The notes under the pieces are model-generated. The model was not told the DNA's origin. It saw nothing but the letters and a program-made list of their open reading frames with translations, and did no database searches. Of a stretch of 17,027 nt of DNA, positions 1-8,110 are shown one piece after another. Source of the DNA: a virus. Positions within the stretch are counted from its first letter, which is position 1; every line of letters starts with the position of its first letter. The DNA lies in IMG/VR virus record IMGVR_UViG_3300045988_062861; one strand, 5' to 3'. A program made the position numbers and the translations under genes.

Positions 1-80
1 GCCCAGTAAAAAATAGACCCCCCTTGTCAGTTCACCCTTTTTCATAAAAACTACAACAAAATTCTGTGCAAATTGACAGC

Positions 81-109
81 TTGACAAACTGTCAAACGTG
101 TGCTATACT
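81..109 (+). promoter_or_regulatory. ITR promoter P1 (sigma-A consensus, inward-facing)
   Basis: TTGACA (81-86), 17-nt spacer, TGc-TATACT extended -10 (101-109). The -35 is part of a perfect inverted repeat, TTGACAaacTGTCAA (81-95). Confidence 0.7.
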
Positions 110-173
110 ATAGATACAAGGTAAGGAAAGGAGTCCAATACAGGATAACACCTTGAAAGGTGAAAACAAGTAC

Positions 174-202
174 TTGACAAACTACCAAACCTGTGATATC
201 AT
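174..202 (+). promoter_or_regulatory. ITR promoter P2 (sigma-A consensus, inward-facing)
   Basis: TTGACA (174-179), 17-nt spacer, TGa-TATCAT extended -10 (194-202). It lies 93 bp downstream of P1 and is about 80% identical to it over roughly 52 bp, including the shared initial transcribed block acaaggtaaggaaa. Confidence 0.7.
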
Positions 203-243
203 GTAGTTACAAGGTAAGGAAAACAGAATAGGAGGAAATAGTT

Positions 244-333
244 ATGAGAAAAGCCTGTCAGGTAGAAATCAATAAAAAGGCTGACGTAATTTGCGAGGAA
301 ATTTATAACCTCTACTCAGAAAAACAGATATGA
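244..333 (+). CDS. Small ITR ORF, 29 aa (MRKACQVEINKKADVICEEIYNLYSEKQI), hypothetical
   Basis: ATG at 244 preceded by ataGGAGGAaatagtt (SD 8 nt upstream), about 35 nt downstream of P2; TGA at 331-333. It is below the length cutoff of the supplied ORF track. Confidence 0.45.
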   Translation: MRKACQVEINKKADVICEEIYNLYSEKQI

Positions 334-446
334 ATACGATCATTGAAGTTATGAGCTCAGAGCATATCACAGAATTGCAGGGCGGCATGTTAGTATTATA
401 ACTTACATAGCTGTGCTATCGGCATAAACGGGCGGAAAGGAAAAGA

Positions 447-707
447 ATGAAATACAAGATTAAGCTTTACATCGGCGGACACATGTCAATGGTTACCTAT
501 CGCACGGACACTTTGCAAAACGTATTATCGTGCGCCAGAAAGTCAATCACACTGTTTTCAGAGTGCGACGAGAGAGTAAAAATTTGCATTCTTGACAATG
601 ACGGCAACGGTATTATGTCATACATTACTGGAAACAAACCTAAACCAGTATATACGGCTATCGACCATGTAAACAAGGAGCGAAAAACCTACTACACCGG
701 AGCATAG
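447..707 (+). CDS. ITR-encoded 86-aa hypothetical protein (left copy)
   Basis: ORF-track entry with an aaaggaaaag SD-like sequence before the ATG. It is the longest ORF in the ITR and is oriented with P1/P2. I recognise no motif in it. Confidence 0.65.
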   Translation: MKYKIKLYIGGHMSMVTYRTDTLQNVLSCARKSITLFSECDERVKICILDNDGNGIMSYITGNKPKPVYTAIDHVNKERKTYYTGA

Positions 708-729
708 TTCTTTAGAAAGGAGAAAAACT

Positions 730-828
730 TTGAAGATCAAACTTTTACGACTTTTACAGGTCTTAATAATCGTGTCATTGATTTACGATATTGTTGTATT
801 CAACTACACAGCAAATATTTTTGGTTAA
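730..828 (+). CDS. Small hydrophobic ITR ORF, 32 aa (TTG start; MKIKLLRLLQVLIIVSLIYDIVVFNYTANIFG)
   Basis: AAAGGAG at 718-724, then a 5-nt gap, then TTG at 730; TAA at 826-828. It has a basic N-terminus followed by one hydrophobic stretch. Its 3' half and stop lie inside the 95-bp repeat unit. Confidence 0.4.
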   Translation: MKIKLLRLLQVLIIVSLIYDIVVFNYTANIFG

Positions 829-874
829 TGCGGCTCGAGTTAGTCTAAACTAACTCATAACAAAATATTTCAAT
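780..874. repeat. Single copy of the 95-bp ITR repeat unit (left arm)
   Basis: gatttacgatattgttgtattcaactacacagcaaatatttttggttaatgcggctcgagttagtctaaactaactcataacaaaatatttcaat. It contains the hairpin GAGTTAGT-ctaa-ACTAACTC. Confidence 0.9.
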
Positions 875-908
875 TAATTGTGAATAATCACTTGACAAAA
901 ACAGTGTT

Positions 909-940
909 GCCCAGTAAAACATAGACCCCCCTTACCAGTT
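909..940 (+). other. Internal, degenerate copy of the genome terminus (fossil end)
   Basis: gcccagtaaaacatagaccccccttaccagtt matches bases 1-32 (gcccagtaaaaaatagaccccccttgtcagtt) at 29 of 32 positions. It begins at the first base after the ITR. Confidence 0.85.
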
Positions 941-943
941 GTC

Positions 944-986
944 AAGAAAAAAGTGCACCAGCACACCTATAAAAGGCATGCTGGTG
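944..986 (-). terminator. Rho-independent terminator of the late operon
   Basis: On the minus strand, 7 nt after the tail-fibre stop: CACCAGCA (986-979), 15-nt loop, TGCTGGTG (963-956), then cacUUUUUUcuug. Confidence 0.75.
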
Positions 987-992
987 TCATCT

Positions 993-3347
993 TTATACGT
1001 ATCCACAAGCACGGATTTTTTGTGCAAGCATTTTACCTAAAGCGGTGTATCCATTTGCGTTAAGATGTACTGAATCTGAACGTAACGATGAAGGCACTTC
1101 ACCTCTTCTCATTTCATCCGTATCTGTGCTTGTTGGCGTGAGGTTCATTATAGCCATACCGTACTTGTTAAGCATATTTCTTGTGTTAAAATAATGCACA
1201 CCGTATTTGCTAAGCATCTGTGATTCTTCGTCTGACATACTAGAGGCACTTCCAGTACTAAGACCCATTACGATATAGTTGTCGTTAATTTTACTAATCA
1301 TTGAGTCAATGATACTTAACCTCTCGGCTAGATCTGGGCCATTTTGTCCAACAAAAATAACTGTAATTTTACCCGTAATATCGCATCCGGAGAATTTGAC
1401 TGGTGTTTCTGCAAGTAACTTGTCATTATATCCCGTAATAGTGTACTTAGCATTCGGGTCACTTCCGCTTGTTTGTGAAATTGACAAGGTACATTTCACG
1501 CCGTTAATGTATATCGGATTAACGGAATTACTTCCCGTCCCTTGTCTTAATGGATTGCACGTAGTTCCGTAAATATCTTTTAATTCTGACAAAGAATATT
1601 CACTTACTGTGCCTGCCTTAAGAATAAGTGAATTACCACCCTGTCTACAAGCGATTGTGTTAGCATTTTCTCCGCCAACACCACAATTTTTGAAAGAAGT
1701 AATTCCTAATTCAGAAGCACAAACGCTAGGATAATTTGTTCCAGACCCTCCAGCTCCAGCTGTCAAGCTATCTCCCCAAAAGCAAAGGTCAGTTGTATAT
1801 TCAAAGTCATTAACAGTATGCCATAAGTCGTACAGTGTATTATCAGTGAATAGCATGAATTTAATATTAACAGTGTTTGGCACCTGTGAAATGTTATCAA
1901 TTCTTAATATAGCGGTTTTAATAACGTCAGAAGTTGAACCACCTTTAGGAAGTGTCATTTTGTTCACAGAGATTTTGCCAGGTTTAAAATCAATGGTACT
2001 GCCGTAGCATACACTAGCATTATTCCAACTCGCGTTATTCGATAGCCAGAGCGAAAGAGAGTATTTACCAGCAATTCCAGAATCTCTGGCATCAACCAAA
2101 TAATAGACATCTAGTGTATTAGTTTTTGGATTTACCATTGGAACAGTAAAAGTAGACGCAACGCCAACTACATTAGGGTTTGTGCCGCTTTCTCCCTTAT
2201 TATAGGCATCAAAAGAAATAAATGAAGTTCCATTTGCATCAGTTGTAATACCAGTTGAGGAGGAACCCTTATAGTGTACAGATGTACTAAACTGCTTACT
2301 ATAAGCAAAACCATCTTTCAATAGTCTATCACCAGTTACTTTAGAATCTGCCGCCGCACCATTAATTGTAAGCGTATTGTCTATCGCAGGAACACTATTC
2401 CATAAGTTGTACAGTGTATTATCAGTGAATAGCATGAATTTAATATTAACAGTGTTTGGCACCTGTGAAATGTTATCAATTCTTAATATAGCGGTTTTAA
2501 TAACGTCAGAAGTTGAACCACCTTTAGGAAGTGTCATTTTGTTCACAGAGATTTTGCCAGGTTTAAAATCAATGGTACTGCCGTAGCATACACTAGCATT
2601 ATTCCAACTCGCGTTATTCGATAGCCAGAGCGAAAGAGAGTATTTACCAGCAATTCCAGAATCTCTGGCATCAACCAAATAATAGACATCTAGTGTATTA
2701 GTTTTTGGATTTACCATTGGAACAGTAAAAGTAGACGCAACGCCAACTACATTAGGGTTTGTGCCGCTTTCTCCCTTATTATAGGCATCAAAAGAAATAA
2801 ATGAAGTTCCATTTACAGCAGTTGTAATACCACTTGAGGAGGAACCCTTATAGTGTACAGATGTACTAAACTGCTTACTATAAGCAAGACCGTCTTTTAA
2901 CAGTCTTTCACCAACCACTTTAGAATCTGCCGCCGCACCCTTGATGCTCAAACTTGTATCAATTACCGGGTTAGTCGGATTCGTGATATGTTTTGTTAGC
3001 CAGTTATTCACCTCGTCAATTACATCCGGCTTGATGATATTAAGCAAAGCACCTGACTCAGCCATTTCATCAAGTTTCTTGTCAATCTCTGGCTGAACGT
3101 CCAGATTTTCAAAGTACGTATTAACGTACTGCTGTAACTGGACATAAGCCGCATGAAGCTGTACAACATCTGTGTGAAGCGTATCTACATCATGCATTGT
3201 TTTATTGAGATAGTCAACTGTCTTGCAAAGAAGTTCCATATAACTCAGTGAGTCATCATACACAAGTGGCAGTACTTTCTGGCACCAGTAACGAAACGGT
3301 CTTAACTCAGTGTATTCACCCATATCAGGCGTGTAATTAGCATTCAT
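993..3347 (-). CDS. Tail fibre / appendage (receptor-binding) protein with duplicated central module and C-terminal SGNH/GDSL hydrolase domain
   Basis: It is the last gene of the late operon, the gp12 position in phi29. The start is moved to ATG 3347 (MNANYTPD...) because AAGAAAGGAG lies 6 nt upstream. The N-terminal anchor motif RPFRYWCQKVLPLVYDDSLSYMELL is followed by two ~193-aa repeats. SGNH blocks are readable: FWGDSLTAG (I), GVGGEN (II), VGQNGP (III), DSVHLN (V). Confidence 0.8.
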   Translation of the reverse strand: MNANYTPDMGEYTELRPFRYWCQKVLPLVYDDSLSYMELLCKTVDYLNKTMHDVDTLHTDVVQLHAAYVQLQQYVNTYFENLDVQPEIDKKLDEMAESGALLNIIKPDVIDEVNNWLTKHITNPTNPVIDTSLSIKGAAADSKVVGERLLKDGLAYSKQFSTSVHYKGSSSSGITTAVNGTSFISFDAYNKGESGTNPNVVGVASTFTVPMVNPKTNTLDVYYLVDARDSGIAGKYSLSLWLSNNASWNNASVCYGSTIDFKPGKISVNKMTLPKGGSTSDVIKTAILRIDNISQVPNTVNIKFMLFTDNTLYNLWNSVPAIDNTLTINGAAADSKVTGDRLLKDGFAYSKQFSTSVHYKGSSSTGITTDANGTSFISFDAYNKGESGTNPNVVGVASTFTVPMVNPKTNTLDVYYLVDARDSGIAGKYSLSLWLSNNASWNNASVCYGSTIDFKPGKISVNKMTLPKGGSTSDVIKTAILRIDNISQVPNTVNIKFMLFTDNTLYDLWHTVNDFEYTTDLCFWGDSLTAGAGGSGTNYPSVCASELGITSFKNCGVGGENANTIACRQGGNSLILKAGTVSEYSLSELKDIYGTTCNPLRQGTGSNSVNPIYINGVKCTLSISQTSGSDPNAKYTITGYNDKLLAETPVKFSGCDITGKITVIFVGQNGPDLAERLSIIDSMISKINDNYIVMGLSTGSASSMSDEESQMLSKYGVHYFNTRNMLNKYGMAIMNLTPTSTDTDEMRRGEVPSSLRSDSVHLNANGYTALGKMLAQKIRACGYV
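1821..2978. repeat. Intragenic tandem duplication, 2 x 579 bp (193 codons) inside the tail-fibre gene
   Basis: 1821-2399 versus 2400-2978. 1831-2235 is identical to 2410-2814 (405 bp by eye). The remainder of each copy is only partly similar and is clearly diverged beyond 2361/2940. Confidence 0.9.
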
Positions 3348-3361
3348 AGTATACTCCTTTC

Positions 3362-4150
3362 TTACCATAACAGGAAGAACAGATCTTTCAGTTCATCCAC
3401 AATCATTTGATCAATGTTCAGCATACTTTCTCGATACTCAATCAGCATTTTAGAATAAGATGTTCCGCTTCTCTTACCCTGTACGTGCTCCGAGTATTCT
3501 TTCAGTGAACTATAATTTCCAGTACTTTCAGAATCAGACGTTCCTGCATTAACCTGTGTAGCAGTGTTATCAAGCTTCTGAGTACCAGTATCAGCAGAAC
3601 TACCTTTATCTGTTACATTTCTAGCGTCAGTTAGATATGCACCAGTTTCAACACCAGTCAACGCACCTTGAGGTGTATCAGAAAATTTATTCCACTGATT
3701 GTTTTCGTCTGTGTGTTTCAGATTGTCAGTTCTTAGAGAACTAAGGTTATCAGTTCTCGTGTTGCTATCTTCGCCATGAAGTGTTGAACTGTTATTACCC
3801 TCGTCTTTCAGATTATGAGTAGTGTTTAAGTCAACATCATACAGAGGATTGAACTCAAGTGTTGCGCTTTTATATAACTGATTGTAGTATGGCATAATCA
3901 TGTTCATACGTTCAGTTAGCCACATCTTCCATATACCAACCGTTTCAGATGCAATCTCACGGAGGTAAAAGTGTTTCAGAATCTTGCAACACAGGACTTT
4001 TCGATACGTTTCATCATAGATAGGAAAATCACCGAAAATTTTGTTCCAGCTTTTTTCAATGATCGCATTAATGTTAGATGCTCCTTGACTCTCTGAATAT
4101 CCTGCTTCTGTTTCGCAGATGAATCTTACTTCGGTGGTGTATTTACTCAT
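3362..4150 (-). CDS. Lower collar protein (phi29 gp11 position)
   Basis: It sits directly downstream of the portal gene, as in phi29. The start is moved to ATG 4150 (MSKYTTEV...), which overlaps the portal stop (gATGAGTAA) with GGTGAG upstream. The call rests on synteny and size only. Confidence 0.6.
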   Translation of the reverse strand: MSKYTTEVRFICETEAGYSESQGASNINAIIEKSWNKIFGDFPIYDETYRKVLCCKILKHFYLREIASETVGIWKMWLTERMNMIMPYYNQLYKSATLEFNPLYDVDLNTTHNLKDEGNNSSTLHGEDSNTRTDNLSSLRTDNLKHTDENNQWNKFSDTPQGALTGVETGAYLTDARNVTDKGSSADTGTQKLDNTATQVNAGTSDSESTGNYSSLKEYSEHVQGKRSGTSYSKMLIEYRESMLNIDQMIVDELKDLFFLLW

Positions 4151-5039
4151 CAGTCTCACCATCCTCTCCGGTGTTATTCACAGAGTTATTCACATCTTCT
4201 ACTTCTGGAATCTGATAGTCCTGTCGATATTCAACCGTTATGTTTGTGCCAAACATCTGATTAATTTTATTTGCGGCAGTACGGCGGCTTTCCAGTCTGG
4301 AATATCTAGACGCTACAACTCCACCCTGATTTCGATTTACTTCATCCGTAATCATACGTTCTTTTTTCTGCGTGTTGATATTGCTGATACCTAGTCTTGT
4401 CAACGCTTCGTTCCAATACTGTGTTTTCAGTGCATAGATTTTATCAGCAACGAATGGCGCATTGGTAGTAACAGCTCTAAGCGCAGTTGGGTCAAGATCA
4501 TTGTCACCAAAAATTACAGGTGAATTACCGTCATACTCTTTGTACACGTTAAGCAAAGAAAGACGCTGTTTTTCTGTAGCGCGCACCAGAATTGGTGTTT
4601 TCTGTGCGTTTGCATTTACGTCAATGATTCGATCGAGATTGTACAGTCGTTTGGCATAAATCATGGAGTCGGCTACAGATGGTGTACGTAAAAAGTTATT
4701 GTAGATAATAACGCTGTCAGATTCTGATAAAGTTTTGTTATAGCCATTGTAACGTGAGTAAGCTGTTCTTCTAGTCGGGTATCCATACACATCAAAGTTA
4801 CCTGCTGGCAGACAAGATAAACATAACTGTGGTTGATTTTCCAGTTCTTCATCTTTGAACCAAACAGCCACCCCGGTTAAAAACAACTGCATTTCAAGAT
4901 AACGTACATCTATACTGTCTGGTACGTTTTGCCACTCAAACATGGAAACAGCTAGTTCAGACAGTACACGTAGGTACTGTCCATATGTAGCTGTATTACC
5001 TAAGAGTGACTCATCAAAATTTGTTTTTCTTTTCCCCAT
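4143..5039 (-). CDS. Portal / upper collar connector protein (phi29 gp10-like)
   Basis: The translation shows NANAQKTPILVRATEKQRLSLLNVYKEYDGNSPVIFG and KKERMITDEV, closely resembling phi29 gp10 [37 protein letters not shown] and KKERMVTDEV (recalled). It has an acidic C-terminus. The start is at ATG 5039 (AGGAG 8 nt upstream) rather than the track's TTG 5045. Confidence 0.88.
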   Translation of the reverse strand: MGKRKTNFDESLLGNTATYGQYLRVLSELAVSMFEWQNVPDSIDVRYLEMQLFLTGVAVWFKDEELENQPQLCLSCLPAGNFDVYGYPTRRTAYSRYNGYNKTLSESDSVIIYNNFLRTPSVADSMIYAKRLYNLDRIIDVNANAQKTPILVRATEKQRLSLLNVYKEYDGNSPVIFGDNDLDPTALRAVTTNAPFVADKIYALKTQYWNEALTRLGISNINTQKKERMITDEVNRNQGGVVASRYSRLESRRTAANKINQMFGTNITVEYRQDYQIPEVEDVNNSVNNTGEDGETDE

Positions 5040-5050
5040 TGTCAAGTCTC

Positions 5051-6625
5051 CTAGTTTGTTGGTCTGTTATCAAGTGAATAGTCACCGATCTCGTCACCGT
5101 TCCTCCACCATGTAATACCCTTATTGAATATGCTTACAATCTCTCTTGCATCATCGGATGGCAATGAACCAGTGAGAACACAAGAAACTGTTTTGATGAA
5201 AGTCCAATGAGTTCTAGCGTGTAAGTTAGGTGTCATCAGAGCATTCTGCGCATATCCAAACATGGTAAAGAAGTCATCAATCAGTTTAGCAAACGGTGCG
5301 CGAACTGTCTGGTGTTCAAAAGTAAATTGAACTTTACCCATCTGAGCGTTAAGAGAATCACATTCGATCTGTCCATGCGTCTGAGGTGGCGTATTTTCTA
5401 AATCCTGTTTCTTGCCCATAATAGCATAAGCTTGATTGAACAGATTTTGCTCACCCATAATTGCAGTTGTTGCGGCACTGTTTGAATTTCCATTCATAGC
5501 AGATGTTCCTACAGAAGCAACGTTTGTCATTGCACTTGCAAGCATGGCAGAGGTAACACTTCCTTTGTTCTGCGCCCACCACGCTTTCCATGCATCACCA
5601 GACCACGCAATGGTTGGAAAGTTTGAGAGTACAAGTCCACGGTCATAGTTTTTATCCATACCCATATAATTCATTGGATATAGTGTGACAGTTGGAGTTG
5701 TCACGATTGCGCCAGCCAGTTTAAAATTTACAAGCGAGTGAGATTCCTCAGAGTATTTGAACTGCTCCCATCTGTACTCGGCACGACTGCCTGCATTGTT
5801 TGATAGTACAAGTTTGCAGAATGGATAAGAAAAGAGTTTGCGATTCTTTACGTCATGTCCATCTATTTGAGTTAGATTGTTGTAAACAGGAACGGTTTTT
5901 TCGTGCAACCCACCTGCTGAGCTTTGAGAAGAACCAGCTTCGTCAAGAAACGATGGATATTGAAACGCTGATACGAGAGCATCTTCTTTTCCATTGTCAA
6001 TCCAATTCTTAATTTCCGTTGTTATTGATGCAGAATCTAAAGCACGAATGCCAGACTCAAGACCGAGTCCGCAAAAGATTTTGCCACGTGTTTTCGGGTC
6101 GGCCACAGTTCCATCAGCTCGCTGTGTATAATAAAGACCGATTGACATTGAGTTTAAGTCAACCACAGTCTTTTTCTCGACTGTGTAATCACCTAAATCG
6201 AGATTTTCTGGAACGAGATTTTCAAAATATCCATCACTCTCACTATGCTGTCTCTCAACAAAGCACTGTCCGAGTGTAAAGTCAAACAGCCAAGTCTGCA
6301 ATACATCAATCTGATATGTTACAATAGATGTAATATTGTTCACATACTCGATGGAAGTAATAAATGCATAGAACCATTTGTTTCCATAAGCTGTGTTTTG
6401 GAACATCATGTAGTTACAATCGTAGATTTCATCAGCCAACACACCTACTTTCATGGTATTACGTGAGTGACGCTGATAGGTGTTCTTTGTGAAAGCACGT
6501 TTCTGTTTACTGATAAAGTAGTTGGACTGCTTTGCTTCGGAGTCAAAGTAGATCGTGTGATCGTAGGACGGCTCAAGCGGAACGTTGTGTAATAAACGTA
6601 TAGTTGTGTTTGGAGAAATATACAT
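5051..6625 (-). CDS. Tail knob / distal tail tube protein (phi29 gp9-like)
   Basis: YMMFQNTAYGNKWFYAFITSIEYVNNITSIVTYQIDVLQTWLFD matches phi29 gp9 YIMFQNADYGNKWFYAFVTELEFKN...FEIDVLQTWMFD (recalled). The start is at ATG 6625 (MYISPNTT; AAGGAG 6 nt upstream) rather than the track's TTG 6643. Confidence 0.88.
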   Translation of the reverse strand: MYISPNTTIRLLHNVPLEPSYDHTIYFDSEAKQSNYFISKQKRAFTKNTYQRHSRNTMKVGVLADEIYDCNYMMFQNTAYGNKWFYAFITSIEYVNNITSIVTYQIDVLQTWLFDFTLGQCFVERQHSESDGYFENLVPENLDLGDYTVEKKTVVDLNSMSIGLYYTQRADGTVADPKTRGKIFCGLGLESGIRALDSASITTEIKNWIDNGKEDALVSAFQYPSFLDEAGSSQSSAGGLHEKTVPVYNNLTQIDGHDVKNRKLFSYPFCKLVLSNNAGSRAEYRWEQFKYSEESHSLVNFKLAGAIVTTPTVTLYPMNYMGMDKNYDRGLVLSNFPTIAWSGDAWKAWWAQNKGSVTSAMLASAMTNVASVGTSAMNGNSNSAATTAIMGEQNLFNQAYAIMGKKQDLENTPPQTHGQIECDSLNAQMGKVQFTFEHQTVRAPFAKLIDDFFTMFGYAQNALMTPNLHARTHWTFIKTVSCVLTGSLPSDDAREIVSIFNKGITWWRNGDEIGDYSLDNRPTN

Positions 6626-6644
6626 AAACTGCTCCTTTTTCAAG

Positions 6645-6675
6645 ACGCTACCTATCTATTACAGATAGGTAGCGT
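6645..6675 (-). terminator. 13-bp-stem hairpin immediately after the capsid gene (partial terminator or mRNA stabiliser)
   Basis: acGCTACCTATCT-attac-AGATAGGTAGCgt lies between the capsid stop (6686) and the tail knob start. The trailing sequence gucuug is only weakly U-rich, so read-through is expected. Confidence 0.45.
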
Positions 6676-6685
6676 ATAATTAAAA

Positions 6686-8098
6686 TTATGCTTTCTTATT
6701 CAGTACAACTGTAAAACCAACCGCTGAATCAGGAGCAACTGGCGTTTTCGCTTCATATTCTGTGCCATTAATAACCATCGTTAGGTTAACTGCCTTAGAT
6801 GCCGATGACGCTGGAATCATGATTGCACCATACGGAAGAACGGCGATACCATCTGTTGTAGCCTGTTTGGTCTGCTTAAACTGATAAGTACCCGGTACGA
6901 GAGTAGCATTATCATCCTGTACACTGAGTGTAAATACCGTTGCAACGTCGCTGGTATCTTTTCCAGTAACTTCCACGGTGTAAGATGTTTTCGGTGCAAT
7001 GGTAGCCGCGTCGGTGACAAATACAATCGCATTGGAGAACGGTGAACTGGAAATTGTTTTCCAAACGTGATAGAAATAATTCCAGTACAACCCTGCGGCA
7101 GAATACTGCTCGGTGAATTTTGCATTGTTATCGTAAACCTGGAACCAGTCTACATCAAGCAGAACAGCCTTTACATTTTTCATGTGAGCCAGTTCATCTG
7201 CTGTTACTTCTTCCAGACCGTCAGAGTTATCACGAATAACATCGAACCGTTCATTGTCAAATGATGTCCAATCGTCGATCAGATGTACTGCTGACGTGAA
7301 CGTTGCTTTGTCCATGTTGAATGCGGCGGCAAGTACGTTAACGTCGTACTTCGCATTAAACCAACTGTCCATAAAGATAACCTGATTTTCACGCGGCGTA
7401 GATGTACGCACACCAGATGCATTGTACTTTGTTTTCATGAATGTAAGATCATTCGAAGCACCACGGAACATTTCACCAGCTTCTTTCAGATCAGTTCCAG
7501 CACCGATAGATATTGGACACATCTTGCCGTGAGATACAGCCTTAATGAGCAGATATTTGAAAAGAAGAAACTCGTCATACTCAGCCGCCTTGTAAACAGA
7601 TTCCACAATTTTAGCAACTAAATCCTGTACGCCAGATTCTGCTAAGAAAGCAAGACGTAAATCCTCGTCCTGTATTGTTACCGGATACATAACGCGCCAG
7701 TTCATTGCATGGAATGCCGATTTTACATCCGGAAGTGTACGCTTAAATTCACGAGCCGCACCCTTTTCCGGTGTGTAATCAACAACCTTTGCAATCTGCA
7801 CAAAGATTTCTTCGACGGTTTCGCCAAATTCAAGATATCCTTTTTTCAGTGATGCATACGGGTTGTTGAATGTAGCACTTTTTGTCATAACAAGTGCAAT
7901 ACGGTTTACGATGGAGTTAATGAACTGATTGGAGAAAGCTGGTGTCCCACAAATTACTTCTCCTACTTTTGGAATGTCGCTTGCTTTTGCGACAACTGGT
8001 ACAGACTGCTGATAATCATAGGGTGCATTCTGACGAATAGCATTCATGATGTCAAGCGTTGATGCCTGTAATGTTGATTTTGCAATTCTTCTAGGCAT
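6686..8098 (-). CDS. Major capsid protein (phi29 gp8-like) with C-terminal Ig-like extension
   Basis: LDIMNAIRQN..., FINSIVNRIALV, LAAAFNMDKATF and GLYWNYFYHVWKTISSSPFSNAIVFV parallel phi29 gp8 YDIVNAIRNS, FITSLVDRIGLV, LAKAFNMNRTDF and [26 protein letters not shown] (recalled). AGGAGG lies 8 nt upstream of the ATG. Confidence 0.9.
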   Translation of the reverse strand: MPRRIAKSTLQASTLDIMNAIRQNAPYDYQQSVPVVAKASDIPKVGEVICGTPAFSNQFINSIVNRIALVMTKSATFNNPYASLKKGYLEFGETVEEIFVQIAKVVDYTPEKGAAREFKRTLPDVKSAFHAMNWRVMYPVTIQDEDLRLAFLAESGVQDLVAKIVESVYKAAEYDEFLLFKYLLIKAVSHGKMCPISIGAGTDLKEAGEMFRGASNDLTFMKTKYNASGVRTSTPRENQVIFMDSWFNAKYDVNVLAAAFNMDKATFTSAVHLIDDWTSFDNERFDVIRDNSDGLEEVTADELAHMKNVKAVLLDVDWFQVYDNNAKFTEQYSAAGLYWNYFYHVWKTISSSPFSNAIVFVTDAATIAPKTSYTVEVTGKDTSDVATVFTLSVQDDNATLVPGTYQFKQTKQATTDGIAVLPYGAIMIPASSASKAVNLTMVINGTEYEAKTPVAPDSAVGFTVVLNKKA

Positions 8099-8110
8099 TT
8101 CTAAATCCTC

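Larger units (their letters stand above)
1..908. repeat. Left inverted terminal repeat (ITR) of a linear protein-primed phage genome
   Basis: Positions 1-908 are the reverse complement of the right end, apart from the 95-bp repeat copy number. I checked 1-170, 447-707 (identical 86-aa ORFs in the track), 708-779 and 875-908 by eye. Identity stops at 908/15835: base 909 is g, where the complement of 15834 would be a. Confidence 0.9.

Noticed and set aside
349-399. 16-codon ORF (MSSEHITELQGGMLVL) between the 29-aa and 86-aa ITR ORFs
   Set aside because: It has no convincing SD and is very short, so I cannot distinguish it from noise.
892-920. A functional left-arm promoter (TTGACA-17-TAAAAC) driving antisense RNA into the tail-fibre gene
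   Set aside because: The -10 is poor (TAAAAC) and is simply the fossil terminus sequence. I keep it only as a by-product noted under the ITR-boundary finding.
1279-2586. Plus-strand ORFs 1279-1572 and 2377-2586 (97 and 69 aa) inside the tail-fibre gene
   Set aside because: They are antisense shadow ORFs within a strongly supported minus-strand gene, with no SD or promoter. 2377-2586 lies in the duplicated segment, and its homologous position in the other copy did not give a track ORF.
6817-7125. Same-strand alternative-frame ORFs (6817-7125, 8961-9209, 9604-9954, 14912-15157)
   Set aside because: They are embedded out of frame in genes whose main frame carries conserved motifs. Their compositions are Arg/His/Pro-rich and typical of off-frame translation.
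4119-7264. Plus-strand ORFs 4119-4394, 4462-4659, 5436-5648, 5800-6012, 6019-6279, 6245-6466 and 7067-7264
   Set aside because: All are antisense to the portal, tail knob and capsid genes, which have recognisable phi29 homology. Their translations are low-complexity, and none has a ribosome-binding site.
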